This document shows positions 23,845 to 34,310 of a DNA stretch of 64,000 bases, piece after piece. Position 1 is the first letter of the stretch. Each line of letters starts with the position of its first letter. The DNA comes from Felis catus (Eukaryota). The notes below the pieces were generated by a model. It was not told where the DNA came from. It searched no databases and worked only from the letters and a program-made list of their open reading frames with translations. The stretch is from assembly GCF_018350175.1 (NCBI RefSeq), contig NC_058368.1, positions 100,876,001 to 100,940,000 on the forward strand, in the 5' to 3' direction. Both the position numbers and the translations under genes were made by a program.

Positions 23845-24445
23845 ATTTCTCTTAGCATAATACCCTCCAATTCCATCCACGTTGCTACAAATGGCCAGAT
23901 TTCATTCTTTCTCGTTGCCAAGTAGTACTCCATTGTATGTATAAACCACATCTTCTTTATCCATTCATCAGTTCATGGACATTTAGGTTCTTTCTATAAT
24001 TTGGCTATTGTTGGAAGTGCTGCTATAACAATTGGGGTACATGTGCTCCTGTGCATCAGCACTCCTGTATCCCTTGGGTAAATTCCTAGCAGTGCTATTG
24101 CTGGGTCATAGGGTAGATCTGTTTTTAATATTTTGAAGTCAGAGAAAGACAGATATCACATGTTGTCAGTCATATGTGAATCTTGAGAAACTTAACAGAA
24201 GACCATGGGGGAAAGGAAGGGGGAAAAAATAGTTACAGAGAGGGAAGGAGGCAAACCGTAAGAGAGTCTTAAATACAGAGAACAAACTGAGGGTTGCTGG
24301 AGGGGTGGGGGAGAGGGGGAAATAGGTGATGGGCATTCAGGAGGGCACTTGTTGGGATGAACACTGGGTGTTGTATGTAAGTCAATTTGACAATAAATTA
24401 TATTAAAACAATAAATAAACAAATAAATAAATACATAAATAAAAA
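23845..24445 (+). mobile_element. 5'-inverted (twin-primed) feline-type L1 3' end: 23845-24136 antisense ORF2 end, 24137-24445 sense 3' UTR and A-tail
   Basis: The antisense segment closely resembles 55741-56027 of the other L1; the sense segment is the reverse complement of that L1's 3' UTR (55460-55725). Confidence 0.88.
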
Positions 24446-25483
24446 TAAAATGAACTCTGTGACCAAGGGAGCACGATTAAGAATGCTAAATGCTTTTTCA
24501 TCGATAATGAATCTGAGATTGGTTTTTCTTTTGCCTTTGACTCAAACTGCATGGAGTCTCATGGGAAAAAATGCCTCTCCCTCAGGCCTTGTGTGCATGT
24601 AGACCATGGTCTGTTGCTGCAGACAGGCTCGAAGGGGCCATGGGGCATCTACCCCTCCTGAGTGTCTCACAGGTGGCTCTTTGGGGCATGGTGAAGGCGT
24701 TATCTCCCAGGAGGCATTTTAAGTAAGTGTGGAAGAATATACGTATTTCACTTCAGAAAGGTTCTTCCAAATCCTTAAAGTCATTGGTGGAAGTTAATGT
24801 TAAGACGCATGGTGTACTTACGGCCTCGTTCTGGCCGTATAGATATAACACAGGACTACAGTAGGCATGTCTCATTTCAGGTTTCTGTTTGTGGTTTTTG
24901 CTTTTTTGTAAGAAAGGATCCTGACGTCATCTTGAGCTTATCAGCAAGGAGTGAAAAGTAGAGGCTGGTGGGAGACGGGTAGGTGGGTGTCCCAGAGCGT
25001 TAGTTCCTGATGTGTGGGTTCATTCCGTTGGTGCCCTTGAGAAGCCTGTGAGTCTAGATGTTCACTGTGTTGGTTAGGGCTTGCCTGAATCAGCCACTCC
25101 TTCAGGAGATTTGGTAAATACAGGTGGCGCTGGTCAACTACTTCCAAAAGTCTTCATAGTAAAGCATCACAGTGTGGCCCTGGAAACACCTGTTTGGAGT
25201 ATATGACCAGATTTTCTGAGCAGGAGTTTAACATTCTTACTTTCCAACTCATGTTACTCTTGTCTCTGAGATTATGTTTGTAATTATGGTTTTCAGGTTC
25301 TGGGACATTGCTTAAGAATTCAAGTTTAAATGCATTTGCCCAGACCATGCGGTTTTCCTTGTCAAACTCAGACCTACCAGTTATATTCTGTTCCAATGAA
25401 TCGTGGATGTCTCAGGATTAATAGTTCAACCACATTTAAGTACCTACTATGTGGCAGGGCCTCAATTAGGAGACAGAATTGGA

Positions 25484-25691
25484 GGGGCACCTGGGTGGCT
25501 CAGTTAGTTGAGCTTCTGACTCTTTGTATTGGCTCAGGTCAGGATCTCATTGTTTTGTAACTTTGAGCCCCAAGTCAGGCTCCACGCTGACAGTGCAGAG
25601 CCTGCTTGGGATTCTGTCTCTTTCCCTTTCTCTCTGCCCCTCCCCTACTTGCACTTTGTATCTCTCAAAATAAATAAACTTAAAAAAAAAA
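25484..25691 (+). mobile_element. Can-SINE
   Basis: TSD taggagacagaattgga/taggagactgaattgga. Confidence 0.92.
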
Positions 25692-26865
25692 TAGGAGACT
25701 GAATTGGAATAATGGCTAAGAGTCAGGTGCAGGGTATGTGTATAAAAACGAAGACGTAGAGGCCAGTGAACCACAAATGCAATATGTGTCCACAAAGAAC
25801 TCTAAGACCAGAGAGCCTGCATGGGGTCAGTTTTTCTCCAGTCTTAGGGTGACCACAAAACTTATCATCTAAACCGATGTACTTTGGGAAGTAAAACGTG
25901 GCAACGCTGATCATTGTGCTGGGACTTACGTCTGAGGGTCATTGGGGTACGTGGTCCCTCTCTCCGCTTATCACCCCACACTTGGCTTCCCACCCTGCTT
26001 GCTATGTCTGTAGTCTGTCATCACGTCCCTAACACGATTATATTCACCGGTTTTTTGTATCTTCTTCACTGTGAGTACAGCAGAGTGGGTTTGATTTGAG
26101 TCCATTTTTTGCTTCCTTTTAGGCAGAGGACACAGTGTGTGACGCGAAAGTATTTGGAAAACAACACATAGCCTATGGTTCGGAAGCACTGAGTTGACAA
26201 GTGTCCTAAGGCATACGTGTTGGTCTGGGGAAGCTGAAGCATTTTTATAGTGTGATGTGTGACATGGCAATCCTTAGACTATTTCTTGAAAAATCAAACG
26301 TGTTTGAAATGAACACGCGTAAGACTTTTCTGCTTTACTGTGTACTGTTTTTCATTATGGAAGCCGGGGCTGTAAGTAAAAAGTCAGCTACACCAGAAAG
26401 TCCCTTATTCAGACCTGTGTAACTTCCCCGCTGAGGCCTGGCCAGCAGTGGCGTTTGGGCAGGCGGACTGGAAGATGTGCGGTCAGCAAGACTGCTCTGC
26501 TCTGTGTGTGTCGACAGAGCACCGTGCTGGGCTCTGGGGACTCCACAGGAGATGTGGCTTCTGTCTCCAAAAAGTCTCAGGTTGCAGGGGGAGGCCGCCA
26601 CGCAAAGCTTGTAACAGCTTCACCGGAGTGTTACTGAAGCCCGGAGGAGAGCAGTGGTCATTGCCTGAAAGAAACAAAACATGGTAAGGTGGAAACAGGA
26701 AGCTTTGCCAAGCAAGGAGGCCACGGCAGTGGGTCTGAACACCCTCCTTTGGCTCAGATTCCATTTTTTCCTTGTTAGTGTATGGATATTCTTTCCTTTC
26801 CTCTCCATTTCTTTATTTTCTTTGTGTGCCCTATACCTTTAGTTTCTTCTGTCCTGTACTCTTAA

Positions 26866-27072
26866 AAAAATTTGCTTTTGAGTACTAATTTTGAGTATGT
26901 GCATGAGGAGGGGAGGGGCAGAGAGAGAAGGAAGGAGAGAGAATGAATCTTCAGCAGGCTCTATACTCAGCATGGAGTCCGACTTGGGGCTCCATCCCAT
27001 GAACTGTGAGATCACGCCCTGAGCCAAAATTAAAAGTCAGATGCTTAACAGACTGAGCCACCCAGGCACCCC
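26866..27072 (-). mobile_element. Can-SINE
   Basis: Antisense copy. Confidence 0.88.
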
Positions 27073-27144
27073 TCCCCTTAAAATTTTTTAACTATATCTA
27101 TAAGAAGATTGGAAAAAATAAACAGTAATGACTTAACATTTATT

Positions 27145-27341
27145 TTTTTATTTTTTTGGAGTGTTTATTTGTTTTTGAGAGGCGGGGAGGGGCAGAAAAA
27201 GAAGGAGACACAGAATCTGAAGCAGGCCCCAGGCTCTGAGCTGTCAGCACAGAGCCCAACGTGGGGCTCGAACCACAAACCGTGAGATCATGAACTGAGC
27301 TGAAGTTGGATGCTTAACCGACTGAGCCACCCAGGTGCCCC
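27145..27341 (-). mobile_element. Can-SINE inserted in a MIR
   Basis: Perfect 17-bp TSD atgacttaacatttatt (27128-27144 / 27342-27358). Confidence 0.93.
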
Positions 27342-27590
27342 ATGACTTAACATTTATTAACTACTTTCTTAGTGTCAGGTAATATGTGGAGCACTGTAAC
27401 ATATGATCTCAGTTACTTCTAAGAGCAGTTCTTCAAGTTCATCTGCTCTCAGTAGATGAGAGCATTTGTTTTTATAAATCTTTTATAAATGAGAGGAAAG
27501 TGAGATGCTGCATAGAGGTTAAACAGCTTGGTGGAGGTGGTCAGACAGTAAGTGGGAGGGACAGGTATTCGAACCAGCAGCAGGCCGTGA
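27342..27590 (-). mobile_element. MIR remnant
   Basis: aacatttatt...gtgtcagg...ttttataaatgagaggaaagtgag...agaggttaaacagcttg...ggtattcgaacc. Confidence 0.65.
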
Positions 27591-27990
27591 CCACCTGTCC
27601 ATTCATTGTCCTTTGGCTGCATTCCCAGCATTTGGATACAGGCCATTGGTGCTGCAGGAGATAATTTCAGTAATGCCTCCACCTTAACTAATATTCATTC
27701 ACAAGCGAGAAAGTTTTTGCTTCTCATGTAACTTTTGATCCTATCCGATTTTCCCCAGCCCTCTAAAAAGTTCTCCGGAAGCTTTCACTTGGCTTCACGT
27801 TTCACCAGTCTCTCTAAGGAAGAGAGCAGTCTGTGGCCTCAGAACCTTCAGCAAGAAACATATCTTAAAAATGAGTATTTCTTTTCATACTCACTTTAAA
27901 GTTATCTTTATTTTTTACTGAAGTAAAAAGTCTACTTGGTTAAAAAAAAAAAAAAGAATTAAGTCCAGAGAAGATGCAAATGTGGCCAGG

Positions 27991-27991
<1 letters not shown>

Positions 27992-28044
<53 letters not shown>
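27992..28044. repeat. (TG)n microsatellite, ~26 units
   Basis: Read directly from the sequence. Confidence 0.97.
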
Positions 28045-28045
<1 letters not shown>

Positions 28046-28370
28046 GGAGGGGCGGGGGCAGTGGCTGTCTGGGAATTTGTAATTTGGGAGACCTCTCCCA
28101 CCTCAAAGGAGAAATTAAAAAGGAAAAATCAAGGCCAGACAACCCTCAGGGTAAAGTGTTAGCTCTTTTTTCCTTCTTGGATGGGAGGCTGGTAATTTTG
28201 TCCCTTGCACTATGTTTTCCTTTTCTTATGTTTGTGGTGAAGTATTAGGTGTGTGGCTTGCTGATCCCTATTCCAGACACGTACTGATTTCAACTTTACA
28301 ATCATGTGTCTTTATTGGCAATGGAAATAGCAGGTGGTTAAAACTGTTATCTTTACATGTAAAAGGAACA

Positions 28371-28597
28371 GGGACACCTTGGTGGCTTAGTCGGTTAAGC
28401 ATCCGACATCACCTCAGGTCATGATCTCGCGGTTCATGGGTTTGAGCCCCACGTCCGGCTCCGTGCTGACAGCTCAGAGCCTGGAGCCTGCTTCCGATTC
28501 CGTGTTTCCCTCTGTCTCTGCCCCTCCCTCGTTCATGCTCGGTCTCTCTGTCTCTCTCTGTCTCTCTCTCTTTCAAAATTAAATAAAAAATTTAAAA
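28371..28597 (+). mobile_element. Can-SINE
   Basis: TSD gtaaaagga. Confidence 0.9.
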
Positions 28598-29984
28598 GTA
28601 AAAGGAGGAGTTTGTATGCAGAGGGCCTTGATCTGGTATTTTACTTCCTAGAAATACCCAGATTCTTCCATTAATAAGTAAATTTTGAATGTTTCTCAAG
28701 TTACCCCCCCCTTCCTTTTTTTTCCCTATTTCCTTCCTTTTTTTTTTCCCCTAGTGTAACAAGAATCAAAGAAATGCCCATTTAAACTTCTTTACCCAGT
28801 GGCATAAAAGTTTTAAACTGAGCAGTTACAGCTCACTACGTGGTCATTCCATTTTTCTTTTTTAAAGGACAGCCCAATTAGATTTTAGTAAGATTGAGAT
28901 TTCAGTGTCTCTTGGTGTATTTGTCAGGACAGATTCACAAGTAGTTTGCAAGTGTTCATGAACAAATCAGGTTAGTAATCCATTGATACCAGCACAAATA
29001 GATTGTCCTCATCACCACATAGACAAAACAGTCAGGAGATGGGTTTGGGGCCGTAAGTACTAGTGGCAGGATATAATGAAGTTGTATTCCATTAAGCTCT
29101 CGTGTACGGGGGGCAAAATGTCATCACCTGAATGTGGCTGCATTTCTGTGATACAACCTCATCTGTTCCGTCAACTAGTTTTGCTCTGATCAATAAGCAG
29201 TTTTCTGTGGCCTTTCACTGCTGTCAGATGTCATTGAGTGATGTAAATGCACGTCAGAAACTAGAAACTTGACAGCTCACCCAGAGTGGGAAGGGAGGGG
29301 AGGAGAGGGAAATTGCTGCAGGAGACATGGTTGACAGCTGACATCTCGGGGTAACCGATTGGACACTAGCAGCCGGCACTTTTCCCATATAAACATCAAG
29401 GAAAATGATCCCGCTACGTGTAAAATACAGAACAGATGTTCTAGAGTAATTGAAGGAGAAATTATTACTGTAGACGGTAGGGTAGTGCTCATGTAGATTG
29501 TTTACGTGAAGTATCACAAAAACAATTAGTTGCTGTTAGTTTTTGACTAAGAACAATGAAGTCAAACGAAAATACTGACATTTCTATCCATTTTCTCCAT
29601 CACCTACTGCCAAAACTATAATTAGGAAAGTTTGGGTCAGCCCAGAAAGACACGGAGCAAAGCATTTATTATAACAGCATCCCTGAGATAGGATGTTACG
29701 TAGCAGTAAATGGAGGAAAAGGACAGTTTGTGTCCTCTCGCGTGGGGAGACTGCCAAGGACCATTGCTAAGTTAAAAAGCAAGCGATGGTTGGGTGTGTA
29801 ATGTGCGCCTTTTGTGTAGAAGGGAGGCACGTAAGACTGATGCGGTTTGAACTTGTACGTCGCCAGGCTGAAAGGCCTGTTAGCCTGGGCGCCCAAAGCA
29901 ACTTGTGTGACTTGCTCCCAGAGCGATTTGGGTTTCAAGGGAGTCTTCACTGTTTATTCATATCTTTTTTCTTAAACTTAAAAA

Positions 29985-30195
29985 AATTGTTTTTAATGTT
30001 TTAATTTATTTTTGAGAGAGAGAGAGAGAACAAGCGGGGGAAGGGCAGAGAGAAAGGGAGACACAGAATCTGAAGCAGGGTCCAGGCTCCAAGCTGTCAG
30101 CACAGAGCCCAATGCGGGGCTCAAACCCATGAACCGCAAGGTCGTGACCTGAACTGAAGTTGGACGCTTAACTGACTGAGCCACGCAGGCCCCCC
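29985..30195 (-). mobile_element. Can-SINE
   Basis: Antisense copy, head-to-head with the next SINE. Confidence 0.9.
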
Positions 30196-30219
30196 TTACA
30201 CTTTTAAAATCAAACGCAC

Positions 30220-30459
30220 GGGGCGCCTGGGTGGTGCAGTCAGTTAAGTGTCCGACTTCAGCCAGGTCACGATCTCGCGGTCTGGGAGTTGGAGCCCCGC
30301 GTCAGGCTCTGGGCTGATGGCTCAGAGCCTGGAGCCTGTTTCCGATTCTGTGTCTCCCTCTCTCTCTGCCCCTCCCCTGTTCATGCTCTGTCTCTCTCTG
30401 TCCCAAAAATAAAAATAAACGTTGAAAAAAAAAATTTTTTTTTAAATAAAAAATAAAAT
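30220..30459 (+). mobile_element. Young feline-type Can-SINE
   Basis: TSD aaaatcaaacgca (30206-30218 / 30460-30472); diagnostic cagccaggtcacga, gggctgatggctc and gtcccaaaaat motifs. Confidence 0.94.
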
Positions 30460-30734
30460 AAAATCAAACGCATGTATCACCTATTCAAAATACTGAATTA
30501 TTAAAATATATTTATTTCATGTTGAAAATTGTCTTAAATACTCTAAAAGGAATACCGTCATTACCATATTAACAAAGGACACTCCAAGAACCCTCTGGTT
30601 AGATTCTTCACTATCAAAGCTAGACAAAGACATTCAAATATATTAGAATTGAGGGGTCATTAAGTACTAGTTTAAATGACTTTAGAACCACGGGCTAAAA
30701 TTCAAGGACAGTTAGGTCACAAAAATAAGGCCCT

Positions 30735-30920
30735 TACTGTATGTTAGACACCATACTATGTAATTTATATTTATTATTTCAAATCCTTACAGGGAAAGTA
30801 TTATTATCTCTACTTAAGAGATGAAAAAAGGCTGATGCCCAGTGAGTTTAAATAACTGTAGGACACATGGCCAATACGTGGTAAAGCTGGGATTTGAACC
30901 CAGGTCTTTGGTCTCCAAAC
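30735..30920 (-). mobile_element. MIR remnant
   Basis: tattattatctctacttaagagatgaaaaaaggctga...gctgggatttgaacccaggtct. Confidence 0.65.
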
Positions 30921-31228
30921 ATAAGCGAGGCGAGTGAGTTATCAGAGTGGAGAGGACTGTAAACCATGTGGGCGTGTGCATCCTGTAAGGACAGTTGCCT
31001 TAGCCTGTGCCCGCATCATGAGTAGAGTGCAGTGTGTCCCTCAGTGTCCCCACTCAGCCAGCTTTCCCTATAGGATGACTTCTTTCCTGCTGGTATTTCA
31101 GTCATGATCTTGTGCTTAAAATTGGTTAACCTCTTTCTCTTCTCGGAGCTCCATGGGGGAAACACCATGTCTCATTTGCTGCCCGCTATATTCCAGCTCA
31201 GAACCTGACCCACAAAAATATTTAATAA

Positions 31229-31545
31229 ATATTGACGCTTGAACAACACAAGCGTGAGGGGTGCTGACATCCCCCACACAGCTGAAAACCCATGTATACC
31301 TTTTCACTCCCCAGAACTTAACTACTAATAGCCTACTGTTGACTGGAAGCCTTACCAATACCATAAACAGTTGATTAACACATATTTTGTTTGTTATATA
31401 TATATTATATACCACAAAATTACAATAAAGTAAGCTAGAGAAAAGAAGATTTTAAAATCCTAAGGAAGAGAAGATTCACTTATTGTACTGTATTCAAAAA
31501 AAAATCCACATGTAGACCAAACCTGTGCGGTTCCAAGGTCAACCG
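31229..31545 (-). mobile_element. Tigger2a-type (TcMar-Tigger) non-autonomous element
   Basis: Degraded terminal inverted repeats ttgacgcttgaacaac / caaggtcaaccg; the interior is the reverse complement of the copy at 57522-57863. Confidence 0.8.
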
Positions 31546-33233
31546 TACTTGCTAGAGGGATGACTTATTTTCAGAGGCGGACCCTGTAGTAATGACAAGA
31601 TGACATTGGTGTGGTTATCTTTTGGGAACTACATAATGGAATAATTCTTTCTAGGGCATGGCTTTGCCTAAGGAGGAATGCAGCCTTGAGGCCAGAGTGG
31701 ATTGAGAGCTTGTAGGTTCAGGGCTGAAAGATAACAATTGAGTCTATAAATAGTGAACCATCACTTTCCTACCATAGGAGTCACAGCTATAAAGGCAGAA
31801 GATTAGGAACTTGAGAAAATCACCAGAGAAAAGGTTCACCTTGACAATGGGAAACCTAAATGAAAAAATCCAGTAGAACAAAGTTGCCGTAGAACATTAA
31901 TCCTGCCATTGTGATGTTCAGGATTTGAGGTATTCTGCCTTATATCTGAGCGCCTTGAGACTGTCTTCTGGCTGCTCCCTTTGTGTCCACCCCATTTCTA
32001 GTCTTATTTATTTTCATTTTCACTTTTGAAATTCCTTTCCTTTTAATTTCAGGATCACATTATAAGATGTGGGGAGAGGTTCAAAATTAGGGCCGTCCCC
32101 ACGGCTCCTCAGAGGCTCAGCCTGCAGGCAGACGGGCTTTGAGGAGTAAGTGGGAGAGGGAGAGGAAGGAGGAAGGGCTGTAGGTAGCGGGTGGCTTTGG
32201 TGATGATGGAGACAGTGTGGGATCCTGACCCTCTCCCTCTTCAATCGGTTTTTGGTGTAAGTAGGAGGAAAGGCTGCTAACAGATACATGGGGGAACTGC
32301 TTTGTATACAATCCGTTCTGTTCTCTCCCCATCCCTTTCCTAGCACTCACTTGAAGAACCTTCTCGGTACTCCAGGTACTTCCCACACTGCATGAATAGG
32401 CTACAGATACATTTGCTAAATCTGCACACCCACGACACCTTCTCCCAGTGATGCTCTGGGAAGAGCCAGGCCCTTCCTTTTTACGCATCAGAGTCCTGTG
32501 TCAGCCTCATCGTTACGCAGTTTTGACTGGAACCCAAAGTGGGCCGTTGTAACATGTAATCCCTGTCACTGATAGAATGCATTGTTTTATACTCATTAAC
32601 CCTAACATGGGGATTGTAGATTATGGCCCATCTTTATGGAGATCCCTGTTATCACATACTCTCAGCATGGAGGGTTAACCTGAGGACTTCGCTGTTCTCC
32701 CCCACAGTGTCCTTTATAGGACAACTCAATTCAGTCTCACGTTCACAATTCTCCCCTCTCGGTGGTATTATCTCTCACTGGTGGTTTTGGTGTTCTCTTT
32801 GCCACTCTAAGTGGGCTGCTGACTTCACCCTTGGTCCAGCACTGATAGAGCCCTGTGGGTGCCTTCTGCCTTTGCCTTTCTTCTGAGACTAGCCTTTATA
32901 GGACCTTCTGTCTTCCACTCTCTTCTCCCCACTCCCCCACCACTACCTTTTCTTGATTTGTTTCCTCTGCAAACACCTGCATACTGCTCAGTTGCACTGC
33001 CTTCATTACCCTGGAGGGGGCTCCACCCCTCGCTTTCCCTCTTTAGACTGGGGCCCACAGACCTATGGTGGTTTGCTCTCTCCTGGTAACCAGCAACCTT
33101 CTCTTGGTCTTACATGTGTGAGGAAGGGATAAAAGGTCTTAGTGACTTCATTTTTAAAATGTCAAGTATCCACTTTGTTTGCAAACTTTTAGAGTCCCAT
33201 TTTAAACTTGTTGTATGACTGAGTCCATTTTTA

Positions 33234-33447
33234 TTATTATTTTTTAAAGTTCATTTATTTTGAGAGAGAGAGAGAGAAAACGCACGCATGGGGGAGGGGC
33301 AGAGAGAGGGAGAGAGAAAATCTCAAGTAGGCTCTCTGCTGTCAACATGGTGCCCCACACAGGGCTCGATCCCACGGATCATGAGATCATGACTTGAGCC
33401 GATACCAAGAGTCAGACACTTAACCAACTGAGCCACCCAGGTGCTCC
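33234..33447 (-). mobile_element. Can-SINE
   Basis: Perfect 17-bp TSD gactgagtccattttta (33217-33233 / 33448-33464). Confidence 0.93.
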
Positions 33448-33599
33448 GACTGAGTCCATTTTTAAACTGACGTGGTGTAATTATAAAATGCTTACATGAA
33501 AACGTTAACAAACGTAAAATTTTTGATGTGGGACAGAACTTTGGGGAAGACTTCAGCACATTCCTGCTTGGTTTGCCCCATCCTCTCAGAACTTGGCAG

Positions 33600-34000
33600 A
33601 ATCCATTATTTCTCAGTCAGAAGGATTGTTGTGCACATCTCATCAAGGCAGCTCCTGCTTACAGTCATTGAGTGGCTTCTCCCTGCTCCCTTGGGAAAGG
33701 CCCAAGGGTCCTCAGGCCCAGCATGACCTGGCCCCTGCCTACCTACTCTCCATCCTTCCTCCCCAAGAGCTGCAGTCCTCCCATTTCCTCAAGTGCATCT
33801 GCTACTTTTGTTAAACTAGCCTTCCTCTCAGCCTCAAACCACCCCCACCTTGCTCTCAAGTCTTTATCACTTCCTTAGAGACTGAGCCCTAACTGGCTGT
33901 CTTGTTTGACACTCTCTTGGTGGTCTGTCCCTCAGAGCACTTGTCATACCGTGCATTGTGTTGTTAGTTCACTGTAACCTCACCATCCAGTGTATGTGGC
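33600..34000 (+). mobile_element. L2 fragment
   Basis: tcctgctta...agtggcttctccctgc...gcatgacctggcccctgcctacct is a typical L2 motif. Confidence 0.55.
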
Positions 34001-34020
34001 CACATAGACGTGACCATACA

Positions 34021-34310
34021 GGGCACCTGGGTGGCTCAGTCGGTTAAGCTTCCAACTTTGGCTCAGGTCATGATCTCATAGCTCTTGAGTTCAAGCCCCA
34101 TGTTGGGCTCTGTGCTGACAGCTCAGAGCCTGGAACCTGCTTCGGATTCTGTCTCCCTTTCTGCCCCTGCCCTGCTCATGCTGTCTCTCCGTCTCTCAAA
34201 AATAAATAAAACATGAAAAATAATTAAAAATAACATAAAAAATAATTAAAAAATAATTAAAAAAACATAAAAAATAATTAAAAAATAATTAAAAAAATAA
34301 TTAAAAAAAT
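34021..34310 (+). mobile_element. Can-SINE with an expanded, patterned A/T tail
   Basis: Tail 34200-34310 built from aaaaataatt and aacat units. Confidence 0.9.
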
